Positions 54,421 through 64,000 of a stretch of DNA of 64,000 nt are shown in pieces; positions within the stretch are counted from its first letter, which is position 1; every line of letters begins with the position of its first letter. This DNA is from Octopus sinensis (taxonomy: Eukaryota), in the NCBI RefSeq assembly GCF_006345805.1, contig NC_042997.1:146134001-146198000 (forward strand), in the 5' to 3' direction. The notes under the pieces were generated by a model that worked only from the letters and a program-made list of their open reading frames with translations, was not told the origin of the DNA and ran no database searches. A program made the position numbers and the translations under genes.

Positions 54421-55707
54421 CGAGGGGCGTTCAATAAGTAATGCCTCTGACCCACTTGCAGTTGTTTGATCTACCTGCAAATTTACATGTGCAATTATTT
54501 ATATCTCTATAGATTAGGTGGCAAATTACAGCTATGAACTAATTGTGGTTTCTGATATACAGATGTTTGAACTGAGTCAAGTGTGAAATGGAGCCTGTTG
54601 AGTGTCGAGCAGTGATCCGGTTTTTGTATTTGAAAGGACGCACACCACGGGAGACTTTTGATGAAATGAAAGTAACTTATGGTGATGATGCCCCATCATA
54701 TGACCTTGTAAAACGCTGGCATCGTGAATTCAAACATGGTTGGAACTCTGTGGAAACAGCTCCCAGAAATGGTCGCCCCCCTTCTGCCATTGATGAGGCA
54801 TCTGTCCGTCAAGTTGAGGCTGCCATTTTGGAAGATCGACGCATAACTATTCGCCAAATAGCCCATGAGGTCAAGTTTAGTACCAGGTCTCTGGAAACTA
54901 TCATTCATGACCATTTGCATATGCAAAAGGTGTCTGTCAGATGGATTCCCAGGTTGCTCACACCTTTCCAGAAGCAAGAACGCGTCGAGTGCTCGAGGAT
55001 GAATTCGGAGATGTGCCAAGAAGATGAGTCAACATTTTTCAAAAGACTGATTACACAGGATGAAACCTGGGTCCATCACTATGATCCAGAGACCAAAGCC
55101 CAGTCAATGCAGTGGAAGCACCATGACTCACCTCCTCCAAAGAAGGCAAGGGTGCAGCCCTCCGCTGGCAAGGTCATGCTCACAGTCTTCTGGGACCAGG
55201 ACAGAGTAGTGATGACAGATTTCCTGGCAAAGGGTACCACAATTACAGGAGCCTATTATGCTTCACTTTTGAGGAAGAGAAGCTATCAAAATCAAGAGGC
55301 GGGGCAAGATCAGCAAAGGCATCCTCCTCCTGCAGGACAACACTCCGGTCTACAACTCGCGTGTCGCCAGATCAGAAGCACAGGCGTGCGTCTATGAACT
55401 CCTCCCCCATCCCCCTACTCTCCTGACCTTGCACCCTCGGATTTTCACCTCTTCCCAGCCATGAAGTTGTTTTTGAAAGGAAAGCATTTCCCACATGATG
55501 CAGCCTTGATTTCTGAAGTCACGTCGTGGTTGGAGGACCAAGCTGGGGTCTTCTACAAAAACGTTCTCCAGAGTTGCATCAAACAATGGGAGAAATGTGT
55601 AACTCTGAGTGGTTCCTATGTAGAAAAAGACTAATAACTGTGCCAAGTTTCGTTGCTCTACTGCTATGGGAAGTGGGGCAGGGGCATTACTTATTGAACG
55701 CCCCTCA
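54421..55707 (+). mobile_element. Full-length mariner element (1287 bp), DD34D transposase with two frameshifts
   Basis: TIRs CGAGGGGCGTTCAATAAGTAATGCC / GGCATTACTTATTGAACGCCCCTCA; 5' TA; ORF from 54588 with WIPRLL, TQDETW, LLQDN and YSPDLAPSDFHLF to TAA at 55634; frameshifts near 55277 and 55415. Confidence 0.95.
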
Positions 55708-56065
55708 TTACAAAATATCCTCTCTAGTCTCATAATCGTATATTGCGTTTCTATTGATAGTATTCTGTTATATCTGCTTCCTATTCAAGGATGTCTCTTG
55801 TACTACACTTGTCAGTAAATTAATCGTAAGTTACACATTGGCGGAAATTTTTTAACTGTTTTTTCTTTTTTTTCTCTTTTCAGCTTTAGTAGTGACACAC
55901 AATTATCTATCGGTGCAATGTATATGTGTATTAAATCTGACACCAACCAGAAAATTAGCACATAACATTTAGGACCATCATAGGAGTTCTAACATATCTA
56001 ACATACACTGAGAATTCTGTGAGCAGTCGATTATGATTCAAGGATATCATCATACATATTTAACA

Positions 56066-56335
56066 TCTACAATAATAATACTCTTGCGTTTTGCTCCGTC
56101 ACATCATATGAATGAGAAAGGAAAGGATGATAGATGAATAAGGAAGGGGTGATGGAAAACTGGTGGGATGGTGAACATTCAACACTGAAAGAAAAATCAA
56201 ACAGCGTTTCAACTCTGTGTGGGTATATGTGTGTGCGTGTACAAGGGAAGTATGTGAATGTATGTGAACATTGTAGTATTTTATATATAAAATACTACAA
56301 TTAGCCGTCATTTTTGACGGCACGGGGCCAGCTAG
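56066..56335 (+). mobile_element. 270-bp non-autonomous Helitron
   Basis: A|TC 5' end; hairpin GCCGTCA-TTTT-TGACGGC (56304-56321) 10 nt before CTAG|T; inserted in an AT dinucleotide. Confidence 0.75.
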
Positions 56336-57621
56336 TCTTATAATAAACTCTCTGTTCTCATAAAGAATTTACCAAAATTCTTCTTTTATGCTATGCCAGT
56401 TTAAGTATCACTTATTTTGCGTCCCTCTTTTAACTATTACCTTGAATATTTTATTTACATTACATACTGAGAAAATTACCACATAGTTTGCACAATGAAG
56501 TTCTAATTTAGACATATAACATTGGAATACGTGTTAGACGAGGTACCATTGATTGTAGTTTATAACTAGTCGATTAACAATATATAAAATATATAATGGT
56601 ACTATTTTATAACATTCTTTTGAAATCTATCTCATGAATAATTGCTTCATATATTATGTAACATAATTTATCTATGCAAATAAATATCCTCATCATCGTC
56701 TTTGAACCTACTATTATTAGTTTATAGCACACTTTTGATGTTGCTTGCTTTTTTAATTCTATTGTCAATAACTTTATTGAAAAAGAAAGCAAAACATTTT
56801 AGCAAAATATTTAATCAACGATTTGCTGATAAAACAACTTGTCGTAAATACAAACAGTTTAGCTTATAATCAAGGTGATGAGAGAAGTAAGAAAAGTGAG
56901 AATTAGGTATTATGTTTTAAAATAAAATTCTCCCTAACACCAACTCTTTACGAAAAACATTTTTCAGCATTACCGCTAGCAACACTTCTAAATCAAAGCC
57001 AGCGATAAATGATCTCTAATTATTTCGTTTCCGTTTACATATTTTTATCATGGAATATATGATATCTAACATATAGAAGCAAAAAAAAAAAATGTTTTCA
57101 CTTAGTTTCGGAGAGTTTTTAATGCAGTGACGAATAAATAAGCAGATAATGTGATAATTTTTTATTTATTTCGAAATTAAATAATAAATAATGTTCAAAT
57201 AATATCAGTTTTCCTTAACAGAAAATAATTTCAAAAAGCAACCGTAGAGTCATATTGAGTTTGAAATTGGTTTATTTTCATGATTTTGAGCAATACTTCT
57301 TTTGTTCCTCGTCGAGTTTGACATTCTGAAAGAAGAAAAAAAAGTGAAAAATGAAATTACTATATAAATGTGTCTGTGTAAGTATTTATAAATGAAAAGT
57401 GAGCAGACAAAATATATGGTTTAGCGTTCATATCTATTAAAAAACATTTGGTGATTCCAATGATTGCTACATGGAGTATCACATACATAAAATGATTCAC
57501 TTAGGCGATAATTGTCATCTGCATTTTGTAGAAACTATCAATCTTTTTTTTTTTTTACAAATTACCTGCTGTTATTTATTTGCAACTGTGTTTCATATAT
57601 TGTTACTAAAACTCTCAGTGA

Positions 57622-57840
57622 AGGCGCGTGGCTTCGTGGTTAGGGTGTTGAGTGCATGATCATAAGATTGCGGTTTCGATTCCTCGACTGATCGATGCAT
57701 TGTGTTCTTGAGCAAAAACCACCCAGTTAGGCAAAAATGAGTAACCTTGCGACGAACCGGCATCCCATCCAGGTGGAGAATATATACGTCACGTAAACCG
57801 GAAACCTGGCCCTTTGAGAGACCACATGTCTTGAGAAGGA
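57622..57840 (+). mobile_element. Family C SINE (degenerate)
   Basis: GGCGCGTGGCTTCGTGGTTAGGGTGTT..CATGATCATAAGATTGCGGTTTCGATTCC. Confidence 0.75.
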
Positions 57841-58522
57841 TATTTATCCTAACAGGTCCGATTTCTGCATCGAAACCGAAGACAGTCTTTTGTTTAGTGA
57901 ATTCAATTCGTGACATATTTGATACATAAAGGCATTCCCCTTATAAATTCTCACCATGGCTAACACATGCGACATCAATATGTTCGTTTTTGCTAATGCT
58001 TTAGGTTCAGATATTAACTGTTAGACATTAACTATTAGAAATTTTGGTGTTGTAAATGTAATCACTTGCTACTTATTTTATCATAGTCAATAATGATACG
58101 TACCAGACCTTCATTTCTGTTGGAAAAATAATAAACAGCATTAATGAATACTTTCTTATATCGTCCTCTGGCACTCAGTAGTTCGTACTCTCTATGGATG
58201 TAGTGTTATTGTGTACCAGACTTATTGTATAGTGTGCAGATCTTTAACTGATTTCTTCTGCTGCACTCAACAGAAATTAAATATATGGCACCTCAATGAA
58301 ATACTAGAAAGCCGTTTGGCGGGACTGCAAATTTGTCGATGGCAAAGATAGCGTTATCGCAATTGAGATGAATTTTAAAATATTTTTTACTCTTAAGATA
58401 TTAATTTTTCACTCGCTTTCGGACATCTTTCGAAAACATGCATACCAAAATATATATATAGAACGCGCAAGCCTCACACTGAAATTCTAAACAATCTGAT
58501 ATCCTAGTTAGTCAGCGTCCTT

Positions 58523-58741
58523 TTAAGCCAAATTTTTGTATATATCTAGTTCAACAAGCAGCTTAGTTAACAATACTAAGGTTGGCATTTGTATCATGCA
58601 ACAGCTGCTCATCCATAAGATTGGCAGATGAACCTGATACTCTTCGCAAGTTTCGTCACAGACATTGCTCTCAGAACCTAAAGAACCAGAACAGATACTG
58701 CTAGACATCTGACACGATCCTTTGTAAGTTTTGCCTTTCTT
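58523..58741 (-). CDS. Candidate terminal exon of gene 3: (K)KGKTYKGSCQMSSSICSGSLGSESNVCDETCEEYQVHLPILWMSSCC...NLA*
   Basis: YKGSC aligns with NKGDC of gene 1 (AAAGGATCGTGT vs AAAGGAGATTGT); TAG|AAG|AAA tandem acceptor at 58744-58739 gives 13 or 12 residues between Cys7 and Cys8 (12 in genes 1 and 2); Ser/Glu-rich tail. Weak polypyrimidine tract and no clear AATAAA. Confidence 0.45.
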   Translation of the reverse strand, partial: KKGKTYKGSCQMSSSICSGSLGSESNVCDETCEEYQVHLPILWMSSCCMIQMPTLVLLTKLLVELDIYKNLA

Positions 58742-58749
58742 CTAATCTG

Positions 58750-58892
58750 GTTTGGGTACATTTATATCGACCCTGAAGGGACGAAAAGCAATTTTGAGAT
58801 AACAGCAGAATTTGAACTTAAACCTCAGAGTCGTAATAAATATTGCAGGACATTTTATCCGAAATTCTAGTTTCTCTGCCAATTCGCCATTC
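58750..58892 (-). mobile_element. Degenerate family B SINE-like sequence forming most of the predicted gene 3 intron 2
   Basis: Minus strand GGCGAATTGGCAGA..AGTTCAAATTCTGCTG..TTGCTTTTCGTCCCTTCAGGGTCGATA. Confidence 0.55.
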
Positions 58893-58921
58893 AAAATAAC
58901 ATACGAAATTTCTTTACTTAC

Positions 58922-59089
58922 CTGAGCCGTCAAACAGTCACATTTGCATTTTCTTTTACAAGGAACACTAAATTGGCTACGACAACTGACCATGATACAC
59001 CTTTGTGAGCATGTGTGGCTGTAAAATGCTTCAGTTCCAACGAAGAGAACTAAAGATATTAGCATCATTTTCAAGAGAAGATTGTTCAT
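58922..59089 (-). CDS. Cys-rich secreted peptide gene 3, coding exon A: MNNLLLKMMLISLVLFVGTEA/FYSHTCSQRCIMVSCRSQFSVPCKRKCKCDCLTAQ
   Basis: Acceptor TATCTTTTATTACAG|GAT before the ATG at 59089; donor CAG|GTAAGT at 58921 at the same position (4 codons after Cys7) and phase as genes 1 and 2; identical 7-Cys spacing; MLISLVL motif shared with gene 2. Confidence 0.85.
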
Positions 59090-59387
59090 ATCCTGTAATA
59101 AAAGATAATCGTATGGATATATTTTATAAACCATTGTTATGGACATTTCATGGATGCAACACAACATGGTGCCTAGAATCCCACCAATAAGGGACAGTAG
59201 CAGGATAGGTCGAAATGAACGTCGTAGAAAATAAGGACCAATACCAAGTCCATCTCCTCTGCAGAATTCCTGAAGTAGATCCAACGGAAATATACCCCAA
59301 CTGCGGATGACACCAGGTAGCCCAGACCGTGCCATTGCTTTGCTCAACACAGCGCACTAATTTACATTTACCCATTAGTATAGAATA

Positions 59388-59457
<70 letters not shown>

Positions 59458-59458
59458 A

Positions 59459-59517
<59 letters not shown>

Positions 59518-60177
59518 ACAAAGTAAAATTGCAAGGTACCGCACGAGTGAAAATGTACAGGAAAAATGCAGAAGTCTTTTAAAGATGTTTATTGACTTGA
59601 CCGGTTTCACTTTTTTAAAAAACGATTTTCAAAAGTAAAATGTAAGGCTTTGTGTAGCCTTTGTTGTGTTAAAAAATGGTTATCATGGATGTATTAAAAT
59701 ACAGTGATACAGCCTTTAATAACGATAAGAAAATGTTAAGAAATAGAATCTTTCACAATAATAAGAGAATGTTAAGAGGGGCTTTTTGTTTAAACAGTTT
59801 ACATAAAAGTGTTCAAAACAGGTAGTAAAATAAATTCATAATTATTTATAAGTTCATCAAAAATCATGATTGTATAGAAGCATATGTACACAAAGAATTT
59901 GTAGACAGAATTTGATAGGAGAAAGCGTGTATTGTTTCGTCAAAACTTCATCAGAAATCATATTTAAGTATTTATACAGAATTTTAGGGGAATGACCAAC
60001 CCTTTTTTTCCTTCCTCTCCAGTCTTCTTTGTGTGTTTGGCAAGGATGGTTGCTGTTTTTAGAAATAGTGTGGGAGGTTGGTTGGTAGGGGAAGCATTCA
60101 CATAGTTTGTGGAATCAAAAGGACTTTTATGTTTCTGGGCTAGTCTGCTATGGTCCAGTCGTTTTGGGACTGATCTT

Positions 60178-60225
<48 letters not shown>

Positions 60226-60560
60226 GCGTATGTATGTCTAAACTGGCATACATACGTGTATGTATGCCTAACTGTTAGGCATACGCGTATGTATACTTAA
60301 ACAGTCAGTAGCAAAAACAGCCACTGACTGATTTCCTTATAAGACGTGTATCTGAAAACGTAAACTTCCTTTCGTAAGAAATCTGCATTTTTTAAAGATA
60401 TTTTATACAATTAGTAATTTATAAATTAAGAATTTTTTTTTTCCAAATATTCTGACTATATCAATAAATCTTTCTAAAAATCTATGTTCTTGTGTGTGTG
60501 TGTAGGGGGTACACACATACAGACAGGCACCCAAGGCTGGGAAAAGGCATTGTTATAACT

Positions 60561-60870
60561 CAGTGGTTCCCAAAGTGGGCAGTCTTGTTCCCCTAGAGGC
60601 AGTCGAAAGTTCCAAGAGGGCGTTGAAGAAGAGTGGAGCGATAATGGGGTAACAATTCATGTAAAAATTGAGGCGATAATAGGGGAGCAATTCATGTAAA
60701 AACAATAAAATAATGGGTTCATTTGGTTAAGTTTTCTTTGTGAAATACAGTTGCTTTGAATTTGCTTTAGAAAGAGCTCTATGTTTGTGAAGGTTAGTTG
60801 AGGTGGGGACACTTGAAAAAAGACCTGGAGTCAAAAGGGCGGTAGCCCGAAAAAAGTTTGGGAACCACTG
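60561..60870. mobile_element. hAT (Charlie/Buster-type) MITE, 310 bp
   Basis: TIRs CAGTGGTTCCCAAA / TTTGGGAACCACTG; perfect 8-bp TSD TTATAACT (60553-60560, 60871-60878) with central TA. Confidence 0.92.
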
Positions 60871-60889
60871 TTATAACTTTATGCAGGCC

Positions 60890-61880
60890 CTTCTAGATCA
60901 ATGGGATTGAAGCTGTTAATGTTCTGTTGAAACTGCTGAAGTCGACGACTATGTGGAGAACGTTCCAAAAAGCGGAAATTTTGGGAAGAAATAATGAAGA
61001 GCAGTAGGTTATAAAGATCTTGAGTATAGTATGAATGATTAGAGGAAGTGATATGAGTTGGGACGTGCCTGTGTAGAGCGGGGAAAAGGAAAGCGCCATA
61101 TTCGAGGGATAGGGCAAATGTTAATGTAGAGTCAATAGAAAAGGTAGAGAGAGAGAGGAGTGAGAGAGAGAGATGAGACGGTACGACTGCAAGACCAGAA
61201 GTTACATTCAGTTTGTGAGAAACCTCATAATAGTCGCCTGAAGGGATCTATTTTCATGTGAGATCAAGGGTGTCATATCTGCATGTGAATCAACAGCACT
61301 GTGCGAGATGCAGAATTAGTACACCACAGTACGACTCAGATCGTCTTTGTAGTTAGTTGTAGTTCATATTTATTGAGGTGTGACGTGTTTTTCTGACTAT
61401 GAAGAGAACTTGTGTTAGGCACCCCGTCTTAGCTATGTTAAAGCTGAGCGTTCTCAAAAAGTCATCAATAATAACGAAGTCCAGAATTTTAAGCGATCGC
61501 GAGGGTTCTCATTGCGTGCTGCTTGTGTTTGAGGGAGAGAGGTGCAATAACTGTTTTAAATTTGTACAATGCGTTTGTTCTCTTGTTATTGAAGAAGATT
61601 AGCCAGATTTCATTGGAAGATATTTTGAAGGTTGCTGATCAGGGATTCATTGCATCTTCAAATATAAGTGATAAGAAGAGTTGTGCATATGATATCACCA
61701 TGGACCGGAGTATGGGAAATGAAACAACATCTGTCTTCGATGCAGTGGGGAAATGCGGTCGAAAAGGCATTGGTGTTTCGAATAGATGTTTTAGAAATGG
61801 TTAAAAAGTTAAAATGCGTTGTGCCATAAGAGTAACTTTCTGAAGACGGTAGTAAGTTGCTGATGTAAAGTGGTAAGGGT
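60890..61880 (-). mobile_element. Decayed CR1-like LINE 3' region
   Basis: FLPKISAFWNVL (cf. FFPRTSRLWNSL) and LKILDF..SFNIAKT (cf. LKILG..NIAKTAS); weak. Confidence 0.45.
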
Positions 61881-61984
61881 TTGAGGGACAAAACCGAACC
61901 TGGGACACACTAGGGCCGACAGAGAAAGCTACATCAACGTGCACCACGTTAGTGCGACATCACAAGAAGTTATCAATGCAAGGA

Positions 61985-62000
61985 ATGATAGATAGATAGT

Positions 62001-62042
<42 letters not shown>

Positions 62043-62095
62043 TAGACAGACAAACGGACGGACAGACGGACAGACAGATGGACAGGCAGACAGGC

Positions 62096-62138
<43 letters not shown>

Positions 62139-62231
62139 TAAATAGACAGACAGACAGACAGGCAGACGGACGGACAGACGGACGGACGGACAGACAGACA
62201 GGCAGACAGACAGGCAGACAGACAGACAGAC

Positions 62232-62300
<69 letters not shown>

Positions 62301-62301
62301 T

Positions 62302-62369
<68 letters not shown>

Positions 62370-62370
62370 G
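61985..62370. repeat. Compound (GATA)n/(GACA)n/(GACG)n tetranucleotide microsatellite
   Basis: Directly visible. Confidence 0.95.
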
Positions 62371-62693
62371 AATTCTATTAATGCTAATAATATTGATGTT
62401 TTCTTACATTAACATGAGGCCAGAAACTTTTGTGGGGTGATGTTATTCGATTATATCGGTCCCTGTACGTAGGATGTCTTATTTTACCGAGCTCGGGAAG
62501 ATGAAAGGGAAGTAGACCTCGTTGATATTTGAATACTGAAAATAGATAGAGCAGATAGATGGGTGCATATTTGACAAGATATTTGCGTGCCAGTCATTTT
62601 GGGAAACTTTGCTTGCGTTGAAGGGGGAAAATGCTGCTTCAGAAAATTTAGAAACATTACGAAAAATCTGGCATTACGAAAACCGTACTAGTG

Positions 62694-62772
<79 letters not shown>

Positions 62773-63317
62773 TGTGTGTGTGTGTGAACTGAAGCAAGTT
62801 GAAGTTAATGATTGTCTCCCCTCAATTTTCAGATACTGGCTACACGTAACCGACAAGCAACAAGGGCTGTAGCTGAGAAGGGCCAAAAATTTGACTTTTT
62901 TAGAATTGGAACACACTGTAGTTAGTTTTCAATGATCGCGACAAACCTCAAGAGAAGAAGAAAAGACTTGAAAACATTGGCTGGAATAAGTATTTAGGGC
63001 GCATTAATTTCTGGGTAATGGAAGTGATATTGTTAGCTCTTGTTGATTTATCTTAAAGTGAACGGAGGTACGTTTCCAATTAGCATTTGATGTTACATAC
63101 ATAGGAGTTACGGAGTAATTAATATCTTTCAATATAACTTCAGCTTTATATATATAGAGATATATTCGACAGTCCATCGATGACTTAGCTGGCTGAAATT
63201 TCAAAGTAGCGGTCAATAATTTTCTTGTTTAAGAATGATAAATTTTTACCTTACAAAAGTATAGAGAAACCCATCAGATTAATGTAAACCTGTTTATATT
63301 ATAACTAACCATAAGAA

Positions 63318-63528
63318 TGCGGTGAGCTTGCAGAATTGTTAGCACGCTGGACGAAATGCTTAGCGGTATTTCGCCCGTCGCTACGTTCAGAGTCCAAATT
63401 CCTCCGAGGTCGGCTTTACCTTTCACACTTTAGGGTTTGATAAATTAAGTACCAGTTGAGTACTGGGGTCGATGTATTCGACTATCGCTCTCCCCCAAAT
63501 TTCAGGCCTTGTGCCTATAATAAAATGG
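63318..63528 (+). mobile_element. Family B SINE flanked by a perfect 20-bp target-site duplication
   Basis: ATTATAACTAACCATAAGAA at 63298-63317 and 63529-63548. Confidence 0.9.
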
Positions 63529-63595
63529 ATTATAACTAACCATAAGAACAAGTATTAATGTTATATATGTATATATTCAAACACATGTGTGTGTT

Positions 63596-63669
<74 letters not shown>

Positions 63670-63899
63670 GGAAGTTAAGAAATTAAAAAAAAATCTAATT
63701 GAAACTAATAAGAATATCACAGACTTACTGCAGGAGTATTCGGTCAAAGAATCAAGTCAATGAGGAGTATAAGACTAAGCTCTAAATTAAGAGTATACCT
63801 ATTTATATACAACCTATATATACATACAAATATTCATATGTATGTAGGTATGTAGGTATATATATATATACACATATATGTATTTTAACATATAATACC

Positions 63900-63970
<71 letters not shown>

Positions 63971-64000
63971 ATATACTTATATATAAACATACATCTATAT

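Noticed and set aside
57870-57905. CTAAACAAAAGACTGTC resembling the start of exon 3, as an alternative gene 3 last exon
   Set aside because: The Cys codon is out of frame relative to LNK and there is no acceptor; likely chance.
59585-59635. Hammerhead-like motif on the minus strand (TTGAAAA...GAAACCGGTC)
   Set aside because: Two core changes and no convincing stem II; at best a decayed remnant.
63100-63260. TATATAAA (63152-63145) and a GTAAGG on the minus strand as the gene 3 promoter/exon 1
   Set aside because: No alignable homology to the gene 1/2 promoter block, the motifs are in the wrong order, and TATA-like strings are ubiquitous here.

Overview
AT-rich, repeat-saturated eukaryotic genomic DNA. 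The tRNA-derived SINE families and (TA)n/(CA)n/(TAA)n microsatellite load look to me like octopus (cephalopod) genome; this is recognition, not a database result. Almost all ORFs in the supplied track are microsatellite translations or TE debris. The real host content is a minus-strand tandem cluster of three paralogous spliced genes spaced ~23 kb apart (ATGs at 13450, 36710, 59089). Each encodes a small secreted cationic cysteine-rich peptide: signal peptide ending (V/T)EA, then C-x3-C-x4-C-x7-C-x3-C-x-C-x-C, a conserved phase-0 GTAAGT intron, and a last exon supplying an 8th Cys plus a variable C-terminal tail. The last exons of genes 1 and 2 are absent from the ORF track and were found by reading the sequence. 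The mature region is far more diverged than the signal peptide or flanking non-coding DNA, the pattern typical of toxin and antimicrobial peptide families. I do not recognise the framework as a named family. The rest is a TE landscape (Helitron, mariner, pogo/Tigger, hAT, RTE, CR1, RLE-type and Penelope-like fragments, MITEs, SINEs) with several minimal hammerhead-ribozyme-like motifs and many fold-back structures. Boundaries of degenerate repeats are approximate.
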